A DNA stretch of 62,463 nt, filler included, from Stramenopiles sp. TOSAG23-3 (lineage: Eukaryota), in NCBI GenBank assembly GCA_900128585.1. It is 13 parts of 13 records of this genome, joined end to end, with 100 filler letters (N's around TTAATTAATTAA, not from the genome) between each part and the next. Parts side by side here need not be neighbours in the genome. Positions count along the whole stretch, not along the records: positions 28,932 to 33,644 come from LT643728.1; positions 33,745 to 38,455 come from LT643729.1; positions 38,556 to 43,265 come from LT643730.1; 10 more parts are not named here. One strand, written 5' to 3'. Shown here in pieces: positions 31,295 through 42,310 of this stretch. Position 1 is the first letter of the stretch. Each line of letters opens with the position of its first letter. Under the pieces are notes generated by a model, which had not been told where the DNA came from, did no database searches, and was given only the letters and a program-made list of their open reading frames with translations. A program made the translations under genes and the position numbers.

Positions 31295-33644
31295 TCACAG
31301 CGACGCGCTTACGTGTTCTGCCGCAAGGGCCGCTTCGCAGACTTCCTTTACATTATCGCTGGCCCCATCGTTGTGCAAAATGCTTGTCAACTCTTCTTTT
31401 ATTACTCCACGTCGCATGGGGTCGTATACAGTCCAATCCAAAAATAGTTTTGCTAGCGCCGCCCCCATTTGTGGATTGAGCGGGTCTATCTGTCTAATAA
31501 CACCTCCCAGGAATCGATACCCACTCCCGTCTTTCGCGTGGAATTGTTCCACGTTTCCGCTGCAAAACGCACCTACCACACTGCGCAATTTGTTTGGGTT
31601 TGTAAACTGAAAGCATTCGTGCTTCATCAGCGCTTGGACTCGTTCGATGCCGTTGGGAAGAGATGACGCCGACTGCACCTGAAACCATCGATCCATGACC
31701 AAACTGTTTTGGTTCCATTGGCGATGAAACGATTCCAGCGCTTGCTCTCTCTCAGGAACGGCCAAATCGGACAAACACCCCATCCCTGCCGCTTGGTCTG
31801 TCATGTTGTCCGCATTGCGAAAAAGGCTCGTGCACAATCCCACGACGACCTGTTCTGCCAGCACGGCCTCCGCACCTCCCACATTTTGGCCGACCAAGTG
31901 GGTCAAGTAGCGAAGGCAAACGTGGGCCAGCCGTCTGTTGGCCACTTGGTGTGGAGAAAATTCGTACGATTTGCATTCCCCGCGGCATGCCTTGTATTGT
32001 CTGAGGAGAGAATCCTTCAGCTCTCGCGCAATTTCCAGGCGCACTTGCTTCCGCGCGTTCAAAATACTGTCTGGGTCGATGGGTATGCTCCCAGCACTGA
32101 CCAGGTCGCCTTTTAAATCCTGAAACGAGGGCAGTACTAGCGATGCTGCTTTCAACGCTGGGTCAACCCCCGGATCGTCCAAGAGTTCCCTGTAGCAAGA
32201 CACCAACATTTTCAGATTCCCTTCGTTGCCATCCATGACGTCAAACACGACGCGCTTTCCGAACCTTTGCGCGGCATCGTACCGGTTCAAAGAGTCCCCA
32301 TCTGCCTTGCACATGAACGCCAAATCGTCCACAGTTTGCGACGGAATGTCAACCCGAACGGGCGCGCTGAGCCCGCGCATCACAGACAAGACGGCGTTGC
32401 TGGGGATTCCCTGGAAGGTTATCGTCTCCGTGGGTTCGGTCAAGACCAGGGTATCGCCATGAAGCAATGGGGTGGTGGTGCGAGCGCTGGGGGCCAGAAC
32501 GATGTCCGCACCAGTCTGCGGGTCCAACACCCCAAGTTTAACAGGAATGCAATAGGGAAGTTTCCGGGGCTGTCCCCTGCTGGGGGCGCACGATTGCGTA
32601 AACGTTAGCGTCAGATCCTCGCCGTCCTGCCGGCGCTCCACGCGTATGGTCGGCGTCCCGTCCTGGGAGTACCACAGCTCAAACTGCCCCGTAAGCAGGG
32701 CGGAGAGGTAGGCACCGTGCTCTCCGCCGCCCTCGCGCGCCGCTGCTGCCATTGCCATCCGAAAATCATCGCACGTGACAGCTTCCCCGTCATGTTTGTC
32801 AAAGTAGAGGTCCATCCCTTTTCGGAAGAGCGACGGCCCGAGCAGAGTGTGGAACATGCGAATTACTTCCGCGCCCTTGTTGTACACCGTAGGCGTGTAG
32901 AAATTGTCTTGGACTTTAACACTCTCCGGGCGAATGGGGTGCGCCATTGACCCGGCGTCCTCTGCGAACTGGACGGCCCGTAAGATGGCCACTTCGTCGA
33001 TCCGCTTCGACGCATGGCTGGTTTCGTCCGCCGTAAACTGCTGGTCACGAAAGACGGTGAGGCCCTCTTTCAGGGTAAGCTGGAACCAATCGCGGCAAGT
33101 GATCCGGTTGCCGGTCCAGTTGTGAAAGTATTCGTGCCCGATGACCCGCAGGATATTGGTCAGCTCACCATCAGAGCTCATGTCTTTGTGGCCGAGAACG
33201 TACGCTGTATTGAAGACGTTCAACGATTTGTTCTCCATGGCCCCCATATTAAACGAGTCCGTCGCGACGATGTTGAACCGGTCCAGGTCGTACTCTCGCC
33301 CATACTTTTCCTCGTCCCACTTCATCGACTGTTTCAGGGAAAACATGGCAAAATCGAGCTCCCCGACGTTCTTCTTCTCGCTGTATATGTACAGGTCGAC
33401 GTCTTTCCCGGACATCGTCCGAAATTGGCCATGGACGTGGCCCAAGTCGCCGGCGACCAGCGCGAACAAATAGCTCGGTTTCAAATGCGGGTCGTGCCAG
33501 AGGGTGGTGTGCCTCCCATCCTCGTGCTCTTCTGAGTGAACCAGGTTCCCGTTCGACAGAAGAACCGGGCAAGCGCCTTTGTCCGCCGTCAGGCTCACCA
33601 AATATTCGGACAGTACGTCCGGCCGATCGAGGCTGTACGTGATT
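31295..33644 (-). CDS. pepN: Aminopeptidase N (M1 family, PepN-type), 5'-partial
   Basis: KPSYLFALVAG, GAMENK, HEYFHNWTGNRITCRDWFQLTLKEG, VYNKGAEV and C-terminal NPNKLRS / NPQM. Confidence 0.95.
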
Positions 33645-34329
33645 NNNNNNNNNNNNNNNNNNNNNNNNNNNNNNNNNNNNNNNNNNNNTTAATTAATTAA
33701 NNNNNNNNNNNNNNNNNNNNNNNNNNNNNNNNNNNNNNNNNNNNAAGCATCATCGAAATATAAGAATTATACAAACACAACAACAACAACAACAAAATCA
33801 AACAACAACAACGAACAGCAGTATTATTATCCGGTGCAGGTATAATATTAATACAGGTACACATGATTTATAAATAGAATATTTCAATCTTCTATCTTCT
33901 AAATAAAATACTGCTGTGATGTTGTTGTCAAGTCCTTCCACTTTTTCAGTTTTTTTATTTAAATAATGAATATTATTATTAATAGTTAATAATAGTGTAC
34001 GACGGACGACGACGATTTTTTTTTCCTTCTTTCTTTTTATTTTTTTTATTTTTTGATTTGTTGTTGCTCTGTTGTGCTTGTTGGGTGTTGGGGTGTGTGT
34101 GTGGTGGGATGGTTGGTGTTGTTGTTGTTGTCGTCGGTTTATTTTTGAATTTTTTGAATTTAATATTTATATATATAATTATGTACCTTCTAAATTTGAA
34201 TAAATATGAAAGAAGTTTTTAATAAACAACCACAAATCATTTAAGATTCTTGTACATAGGATGACACCTAGGGAATTACAACAATAGTTTCAAAGAGCAT
34301 TCACTAAGAGAGGGTTAGTGGGGCACAAG

Positions 34330-36204
34330 ATGGCGGACGATAAAGTCGACGCTGAGGTGAAGCAGAGAATAGAAAAGCTTCTGGAAGAGAAGAAGGTCCT
34401 TCTAGGAAAGACCAAGGGCATAATGGCGAAATACAAGGCGTTGTTGGTAAAAAATAAAGAGAACGAAAGTGTTATCGGGGCACTAAAGGGGAGCCTTGAG
34501 GCCGCGAAGCAGGAGGCCGCCGAGATAGACTCTGAAAGCGGCAACGAAGAAGAAATAAAAAAGTTGAAACAGAAACTAGAAGAGACCAAGAAGAGCACCA
34601 AAACTATCCTCGTGAAGTACAAAAAGTCTCTGGTCAAAAACAAAGAGCAGGGCGAGCAGATCATAGTATTGCAAAAGGAAGTCGGTGGAAGAAAGAAAAC
34701 CGATAGCGGGGAAGATGCGGCTGTGCTGGAAACGCAAGTCGCGGGGCTTGCGCTGAAGTTGGAAGAAGCGAAAGAAAAACTGAAACAACAAGTGCAGCAG
34801 GCGAAGGACGCTTCGAAGTCACATTTGGCCCTTGAAAACGAGAACTCTCAGCTTTCTTGGACTCTGAAAGATATGAAGAAACGCGCGAATGAGGCGGAGC
34901 TCGGGTTTCAGCAGGCCAGGGAGGAAAGTGAAAAGTGGAAAAGCGCTGCGGAACGGCGAAAGGATAAGGTCGAGGAACTGACAATAACCTTGGAGGGGTT
35001 GAAGGAAGAGATGAGTGGCGTGGGGTCTATATCGGAAGAGCGACGCCTAGAAATTGTATCGATTACCGACGAATTTCAGAAATACCGGAGCCGCGCGGCA
35101 ATGGCGATGAAAGAGGTGCAGCAAAAAGCTGACACCGAAGCGCAGAAGGCGCTAACCGCCGAATTAGAAATGGTAAAGAAAGACTTTGAGAAAACTAGGA
35201 ATGACCTGGACTGTGCTTTGGTCGATATGAAAATAGAACAGGAAGAAAAAGATGGGCTAAGGAAAGAGCTTCTGGAAACTTTGGAGCGTGTCAAAATTGT
35301 GGACAGCGTAAAAGAAAAGGATTCCCAAATTGACGGGTTAAATAAAACGATAGCAGAAATGAAATTGGCGGAGGAACAAAGAGTCGTGGGCCAGCGAGGG
35401 ATGGAGAAAAAGCACCAGTTGGACCTAAAGTCAAAAACTGAGATGGCTAGAAAAACCCTTGTGGAGAATGAGATGACCATTCAGAGCTTGCGAGCAGAAA
35501 TAAAGAAGGGCAAAGAAGCGAGAAGTGTGCTAGAGCAGAATATTGAAAATTTAAACGCAAAACTGTCCAGGAAGGAGTCTGCAGAGGACCAAGCAAGGCT
35601 GCAGCAAGAGAAAGAAGAGGAAGCGCACAATGCAATAGTTCGTATGGCGCAAGAGCAAGCTCGTAGGGACGCTGCGATGACAACGTCCGAACAACGCATT
35701 ACATCGTTAACCTCGGAGATAAAGGTGTTAAAGGAAAGTAATGTCGAGCAATCACATCGCTTAGAAACACTCCAGAAGAAGTACGATGCGATCTATCGTA
35801 AGTCCTCTCAAAAGGATAGAGAGAATGAGTCTCGTCTAAAACGTGAAATTGACCTCGGAAAAGACGTCAGTGCGACCATTCAGGGAACAACCCCAGAAAA
35901 TGAGACTTTTGCCACCCCAGAAAAAACACCAGCCAGCCCAAAAGAATCAATGCGACAAGCTACGAACGTGGAGTACCTAAAGAACTGTTTGTTTGGATTT
36001 TTGTCATCAGAATCGCAAGATGAACAGCGCTCCATGTTGCCCGTTTTGGCAACCATTTTGCACTTCACCGCAGAAGAATTGGACCGAGCAAAACATGCCT
36101 TAGAAGTAAGGTCCCAAGGGCTCTTTGGCTCGGCGCTGAATTTTGTGACGTCCTATGCCACTGCTTCTAGTGGGTCCAACTCCCCTTATATTCGACCGAA
36201 CTAA
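34330..36204 (+). CDS. GRIP-domain golgin (coiled-coil)
   Basis: Long coiled coil ending in NVEYLKNCLFGFL..EQRSMLPVLATILHFTAEE (GRIP consensus). First ATG at 34330. Confidence 0.88.
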   Translation: MADDKVDAEVKQRIEKLLEEKKVLLGKTKGIMAKYKALLVKNKENESVIGALKGSLEAAKQEAAEIDSESGNEEEIKKLKQKLEETKKSTKTILVKYKKSLVKNKEQGEQIIVLQKEVGGRKKTDSGEDAAVLETQVAGLALKLEEAKEKLKQQVQQAKDASKSHLALENENSQLSWTLKDMKKRANEAELGFQQAREESEKWKSAAERRKDKVEELTITLEGLKEEMSGVGSISEERRLEIVSITDEFQKYRSRAAMAMKEVQQKADTEAQKALTAELEMVKKDFEKTRNDLDCALVDMKIEQEEKDGLRKELLETLERVKIVDSVKEKDSQIDGLNKTIAEMKLAEEQRVVGQRGMEKKHQLDLKSKTEMARKTLVENEMTIQSLRAEIKKGKEARSVLEQNIENLNAKLSRKESAEDQARLQQEKEEEAHNAIVRMAQEQARRDAAMTTSEQRITSLTSEIKVLKESNVEQSHRLETLQKKYDAIYRKSSQKDRENESRLKREIDLGKDVSATIQGTTPENETFATPEKTPASPKESMRQATNVEYLKNCLFGFLSSESQDEQRSMLPVLATILHFTAEELDRAKHALEVRSQGLFGSALNFVTSYATASSGSNSPYIRPN

Positions 36205-36435
36205 AATACGTGCCCCTGCCATCACTCTCTCGTTAAATTAAAAATACTTTCTTGGCGTAAGATAAAAGAGGACTAATATCGATGCTGTTTGATGTTAAAC
36301 CACTTTATTGATTAATAATAATAGAGTTTTTAAGAGTTATGAAAAGGTTTTAAAAGATCGTTTGAAGATTACTATCATATGATATGATATCTTATATGAT
36401 GCAGCTTAAATAAATAAACTTACTCTTATACAAAT

Positions 36436-38418
36436 TCACTGTCGTTTTTTTGAGCTAGCGCGGGACTTTCGCTGGCGCACTGTCGTGCGTTTATGGCTGG
36501 CACTCGCTGCGATGGCCTTGTGATCGGTATCATTAAATCGTTTTTGACCTACAAAAAAATAGTAGGGCGATTTAATGCACATCGGGACGTACGGAAACCC
36601 TCCTGCTCGAACGGAGCAGGTCTTTTCATCAAACATCTGCTGTAACGCAGGGATATGCTCCTCGTTGGGGTGCACGTTGTCGTTGGCGAATACCGTTTTC
36701 CAAAACTGTCGGGTCATGTAGTAGTGGTCATTCGTAACAGTAAAATCGGCGACACATATATGACCCCCTGGTTTCAAGCACCGGTACGCGTTCTCTAAGG
36801 CTGCTTTCCAGTCCGGAATCATTGTTAACGAATAAGAAAATGAGACGACGTCGACGGATTCCGACTCGATCAATGTCTGGTCGGTGGCATCGCCGACGAC
36901 CAACTCCACGTTTCCCCAGCCATTAGTTTCAACTCTTTGTTTTGCAACTTCGATCAGTGGCCGACAAAGGTCAAGCACAATAACTTTTTGAAACAAGTCT
37001 ATGCTCTCTTTTAAATCTTCCAGATTCGCTGCCGTGCCCCCTCCTAAATCCAACCACGTCCCCCCGACTGGCGTTGGCATGTTTTCCAACATTGGCTTTC
37101 GGCCGTGAAGGAAACGGTGACGAAAGGCATCGTAGGACTGCGCTTGTCCCCGGTAAAACGACTCCAACTTTTCTTGGTGCGAGCTGCCAGATATGGGGTG
37201 AAGAAAATTAGCAAACAGGACTCTTGCATCGTCGCAAACGGTTGCCTTGGGGCGGAAGGGCGTCCGCTTCACAATATTGAAACCTTCGTCCAGGGACGGA
37301 ATGCGCGCGTAATGGCACGAGTTGTACATCGCAACGCGATCCGGCAACGCGGCCTCGACCTCTGCGACCCCTTGGTGAAAGTCGAGGAATTTCAACGGAC
37401 CAATGTGCTGTTTGGGAGAAAACGACCTCCAAAGCACGTGGGCCTTGCCACGCTGGCACTTCTTGGCAAATATTTCCCACTCGTCCAGGATGGCCTCGGT
37501 GCTCAGCCAGTCCTGGTGGTCCAACAGGACGTACCGCGTGAAGTACTCGTCGGGAAACGAGGCACAGACATCCCGCAACGTTCCGGTCCGAATGGTAACC
37601 CGGTCGACGAACTTTCGAAGCGTGTCGAAGTGTTCCTCTTTCAGGTAGCGAGGGCAGCACTCTTTGGTAAAGTGTCCGTAGACGTAGCCGTAGTAGAAAT
37701 AGTTGTCCTGGGCAACGAAAGTGTGCTCCATAATGTGGTCCAACAGGTCCTTCACAATGTTGCCATCGTAGAGGCTGAGCTGGGAATCGGGAACGCCAAT
37801 AAAAGGTGCCCATATGCGGCGCGTGCTGTTAACGACATCGGCAAAGGTATGGAATCGTCCCTTGTATTGCTGGTACAGCTCCCGCTGCTCCGCCAAGCTT
37901 CTGCAGCCCTTCAACGCCTCCATCATGCCCCCCAGCCCCAACAGCCGCGCAATGCTACCGACTGACTGGCCAGCCCGACCCGACATTCCACGCCACAACG
38001 GCTGCTCGAAAAACGAGGGGCCCGAGGTATCAAAGTACTCCCGAAACTCCTCCTTCAAGTGTTTCCTTAACTTTGTCCGGTATACGCGCTTGAACAATGC
38101 AGAGTCGCCTTTGGCGAAGAGTGTAAAAAATTCTTCGTACTCCAACTCCTTTATCGCAGCAAGCTTTATGGCGAGCAACCCGTTCTGGCGAGGGTTCAAG
38201 TCCACCGCAACTATCTCCGCCGGGCCTTCCAGCAAGTAATCGAGAACGTTGCACCCTGCAGAAGTAAGCATCATCATCCTATCCTCCGGACCCAGTTTCA
38301 ACAGAGCACGGTCGATCCTGGGATCTTCCCACGATATGTTGTAAATTATTTTATTGCCGATCAAGTTAAACATGACTTTGTCTTGGAGCTGCCCAACATA
38401 CGATTCGGAACCCTGCAT
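36436..38418 (-). CDS. BTA1: Betaine lipid (DGTS) synthase, BtaA-BtaB fusion
   Basis: N-terminal BtaA/DUF3419 motifs (YNISWEDPRID, TSAGCNVLDY, VDLNPRQ, LLDHQDW, WRS). C-terminal BtaB methyltransferase (LESFY..QA..YD.FR..FLHGR, WLDLGGGT, FSYSLTMIPDW). Confidence 0.9.
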   Translation of the reverse strand: MQGSESYVGQLQDKVMFNLIGNKIIYNISWEDPRIDRALLKLGPEDRMMMLTSAGCNVLDYLLEGPAEIVAVDLNPRQNGLLAIKLAAIKELEYEEFFTLFAKGDSALFKRVYRTKLRKHLKEEFREYFDTSGPSFFEQPLWRGMSGRAGQSVGSIARLLGLGGMMEALKGCRSLAEQRELYQQYKGRFHTFADVVNSTRRIWAPFIGVPDSQLSLYDGNIVKDLLDHIMEHTFVAQDNYFYYGYVYGHFTKECCPRYLKEEHFDTLRKFVDRVTIRTGTLRDVCASFPDEYFTRYVLLDHQDWLSTEAILDEWEIFAKKCQRGKAHVLWRSFSPKQHIGPLKFLDFHQGVAEVEAALPDRVAMYNSCHYARIPSLDEGFNIVKRTPFRPKATVCDDARVLFANFLHPISGSSHQEKLESFYRGQAQSYDAFRHRFLHGRKPMLENMPTPVGGTWLDLGGGTAANLEDLKESIDLFQKVIVLDLCRPLIEVAKQRVETNGWGNVELVVGDATDQTLIESESVDVVSFSYSLTMIPDWKAALENAYRCLKPGGHICVADFTVTNDHYYMTRQFWKTVFANDNVHPNEEHIPALQQMFDEKTCSVRAGGFPYVPMCIKSPYYFFVGQKRFNDTDHKAIAASASHKRTTVRQRKSRASSKKRQ

Positions 38419-38555
38419 GGTGTGGTCTTAATCTTGAGGGGGGGGGGGGGGGGGGNNNNNNNNNNNNNNNNNNNNNNNNNNNNNNNNNNNNNNNNNNNNT
38501 TAATTAATTAANNNNNNNNNNNNNNNNNNNNNNNNNNNNNNNNNNNNNNNNNNNN

Positions 38556-41500
38556 CTGGATGGTCAGGTGGTAGGATACGTTTAGATAACGCCAACGTTT
38601 CCTTCTCCAATCGAAGCGCATCGTCATGACGTCCTAAAGCACTGTACGTACTTGAAAGGTATGTCAACGTATACCCCACTGCTTCATCACCTCTCTCCCT
38701 TCGCAGTAACGGAAACGTTTCTAAAATAAAATTACCGTGGCTTGCCCACTGTTGTCGAATACTGGTCTGCTTCCCCCACGATTTATATTTGTTTGTTTTG
38801 TTAAACCCTTTATTAACAATACGAACACCAATGCGCGCCAATGCTTCTCTCCTCTCCCCTGACATTGCATCCAACTGGACCTGTTGTACCAACCGATGGG
38901 TGGAAAACGTGCTCTTTCTGTTTTCATTCCACTCTATAAGAGAATATGTTGAAAGTTCACTCAGGAGTGCAGCTGTATTTCCCCCCTTAAAATCATTCTC
39001 AATGTCGAAACTATCTCTTTTCTCAAGTATTTCCGATGCCATTTCGACGATCTCTACCGGTTTGTCGTCTGGCGCAAAGCACGACGCGAGCTGAAGCAGT
39101 AACTTTGCGCTCGGAGACAGTATTTCCCTATTCATGTGCCATGTTGTTTTGACCGTTGTTGTTTCTTCCGCAAAATCAAACGATTGAAGCTTTTCTTTTT
39201 CCCGCATAAATCGGCGTTGCTCTGGTAGCTTCATAAACGCTTTGACATCGCCCGCTTCTACTTCCAACATGTCTCTCAGAGATTCAAATCCCAAATCGTT
39301 CAAGTCTGCAACGTGATTCTGGAGTCCTTGCGTTTCTAACCATTTAAAAAGCCTTCCTTTATCCTTTGATTCACGCATCTCCGTGCCATCAAACAGTTCC
39401 GTGCGTTTCTGTAGATATGCCGTCTTGAACTCCGCCCACGACATCCCCCTCTCCCGCACAAAAGAACCGGCCTGACGAAGTGCCAACGGGAGCCCGGCCA
39501 ACCCATCCGGTCCTGCTAGCCACTTTAGGGCATTGGCATTTTCTCCCTCTTGTTTCTCTACGTCTTCGTCGTGCCCTGCAACACGCAACAGTAGCGTCTC
39601 TGCTGTTCCTTGTGGCAGTGTTGAGATACTAACAATGTCCTTCTTCACATCAAACCCAAGCATTGCAAATTCATTTGAGTCTTGCTTCGCTCGCGTTGTC
39701 AACAAAACGTGCCCTAGGGCGTGCTTGTCCGGAAGGAGAGACTTCAGCAAGCCAAGGTCGTCTGCATTGTCGTAGATGATCAACCAATTCCGATGATCTT
39801 GAAACCATTTCAGAACAAACCCAATGATTTCCTTGATCGTTGTATCTTTCCCAAGCCCCTCCATCTTCAAATCAACGCTTGCAATAACCCGAAAGCTGGC
39901 TCCAATAGAATCTATCGTGTCCGTGGATACCCAGAATACGCCCCCTGAATATTCTTCACGGTAGATACGCGCGTACTGCTTCACAATCGCAGTCTTACCA
40001 ATGCCCCCAAGGCCACGCAAAACATTCATATCCTGACATATTGCCTTGCTCGCACTTTCCGTATTCATGCGATCGTGCAACGATTGTAGGAGCTCTTCGT
40101 TGCCGGTGAAGAATGGATCGTTCGATTCAATTTCCCTCGGCCAAGGCGGACTTTCGTTCCTACGCTCTGAGAGATGCTCCATTTCTAATTTTTTGATTCG
40201 GGATTGGCTTTCGAACGACTTCGGGGCGAGAAACAGGGCCATGAATAGGAACAGAAATGCCAATAGTATGCTGTATTTGTTGAGAGTTCCTCTGTTTTCT
40301 ACAACTCCGGCCGTGTTCCTTTGAACTTGCACCTCCAGCTCCCCCAGACTAGACGCTAGCTCTTGGATCGCTTTCGTCTGCAACGAATTGAAAGCATTTT
40401 GCTGCACCACCAACTTGCCATCGGACAGCCCCTTCGCATTGATTTCTTTCAGCGACTTTGGGATTTCCCCGGTCTTTGCATAGACCACCACTCCCGGAAT
40501 ATGCTCCGTAAACAGCTCAAAAAGGTGCTGGGCCATGGGGCCGGCGTCTGGCGTGCCGTCTTTCCACCTGTAGGTGTACTGCTGTAGTTTTCGGAGCGCT
40601 GGCAGTACCCCATCGGGCACCGGTTTCTTGTTCTCCTTGAGACGTTCGTCGGAGTATGCACGTAAATGTTGTGTGATAAGGGTATTGCACTTGATGATAT
40701 TGTCCACATGCAAATTGTCCCACGGATAGTCGATGATTGAAACGGGGGTAGAATCGGTGGGAGTTCCTACCGTCAATTGGTTAAGATGTGCAGGGTGGCT
40801 CGAAGAACCGCCCCCATGTCTACTGAGATTGCCTGCCTCGGCATTTTCGGGATGGCTAGGTAGAGTCTCTGCGGTATTGCTTCTGGTCACTGGCCTTTCG
40901 CTTCCAGCTTCTTCTTGGCGATCCGGTGAAACGACTGCGGGAAGTCGCGCAGTTTGCCATTTAGCCAAGACTTCAATATAACTTGCAGTTTCCCCAGAAT
41001 CGTTTAACTTTATGTTGGTTCGCTCATATTTATTTTCGCCCTTATGGCGGTACAACACGTACTTCCCACTGATATTTGGAATGGGTTGAAATTTCACCGT
41101 GTACGGCCGTCTTCGACTCGTTATTTTTCGAACACGGATGAGATATTCGTGTCTCTTTCTCTTCTTGTTTTTCGGGTTCTTGTTTTTCGGGTACTTACCT
41201 AGATGATTTTCATCCTGCCATTCCCATTCCTTTGACTCAAGATTTAGTTCTATTTCGTCTTTAAGATTTTCTTTGTTTTCGTGATGGTCAACGAGCAAAT
41301 AATTGGCAGGGACTTCTGTAGACCAGCGTCCTTCGAAGTTTTTGTAGATTTCAACTTGGGTTTTTTCCCCTTTGTTCCCCGCATTGGGTACAAGTAAGGC
41401 GCCACCTTTGACTCTTGGTTGGAAGTAGTCTTTCAGGTCTTTGAGGTCTTTCTTTCGGTCTTTCAACGAGAGCTTGACCGTAGGTACCAAAATGGCGGAA

Positions 41501-41634
41501 CATCTCGCGGCACCTCTTGCCAATTCATCATCTCCTTCAAGTTCATCATCAACGATTGCAGTAAGCTCACTCAGGGGAACGTCAAGCGGACCCCCAGCAA
41601 ACCATTCCGCAAGATCCATATTTTGCTGGTTCAT
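38556..41634 (-). CDS. NLR-like STAND protein: basic N-terminal domain, peptidase S74 (ICA) domain, TM helix, NB-ARC with SAM-like insert, TPR; 3'-partial
   Basis: YSDERLKEN..L..YTYRWK..G.MAQ (S74); SILLAFLFLFMALFLAP; FTGNEELL, GLGGIGKT, WLIIYDNADD, LLTTR, GLPLAL, HRLVQ (NB-ARC); LSSTYSALGRHDDALRL..LPPDHP (KLC-type TPR). Confidence 0.88.
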
Positions 41635-42281
41635 ACTTCCTATACTTAAGTTCCGTGTCACAGCTTTTTTAAAAAAAGGACAAGAAGAAGATAGTGCAGC
41701 TCTATACAGCTCTTCATCGCTTCTTCTTTATTCAGATACTTAAGATTATTGTGTCGTGGACGACGGCTTATCTTTTGTTGCTTAAACCTTTAGTTGAAAA
41801 TAAGAATAATATACGCGCTATTATTATTTTCTTCATCACTCACCACCCCCACGCACGTAACGCAGCTATCATCTCTTGGTATAAAAAAAAAGAAAAGTAA
41901 AAAAAATCGCCGCAGCATCAGGCAGTAAGTAGCACACGCAACAATTATCAAATTATTTGCTTATGGTGATAGAATTCGCGTTGTATTGTAGTATTGATAC
42001 AACATGGTATTACAATAATAGTCTAATAAGCTATTACACATTACCCGATCCCTTCCCCCCTACAGCAATGTAGTATTAATACGGGAGTACAACACTTACT
42101 AGACTACTCGTAGTGTAAGATGTTTTAATAGGATTATTACAAAAAACTCGTCTAGGCACTATTGTATTACGTTATTACACAGTCTAATGTGGGTTTTTGT
42201 TACTTGTCCTTTGATCTGTGAGCCAATAATTCATAACATTTTTACCGATTAAGGCTTTGAAATAATATTTATATACCATTG

Positions 42282-42310
42282 GCGGTCGGTAAGCGGTCGG
42301 TGAGCGGTCG
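42282..42310. promoter_or_regulatory. Triple GCGGTCGGT(A/G)A direct repeat in a divergent promoter region (candidate only)
   Basis: gcggtcggtaa gcggtcggtga gcggtcg in AT-rich DNA between divergent starts at 41634 and 42665. Confidence 0.3.

Noticed and set aside
31295-33644. Bacterial contamination or recent HGT of pepN
   Set aside because: PepN-type M1 peptidases are widespread in protists and plants, and this contig carries the same dispersed repeat as clearly eukaryotic contigs.
37105-37965. Long antisense or alternate-frame ORFs (this one, 61563-62306, 13023-13721, 8681-9340 and others)
   Set aside because: They shadow well-supported genes and have no motifs of their own.
38438-38455. 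Poly-G tract upstream of BTA1 as a regulatory G-quadruplex
   Set aside because: It sits at the contig end; a sequencing or assembly artefact is more likely.
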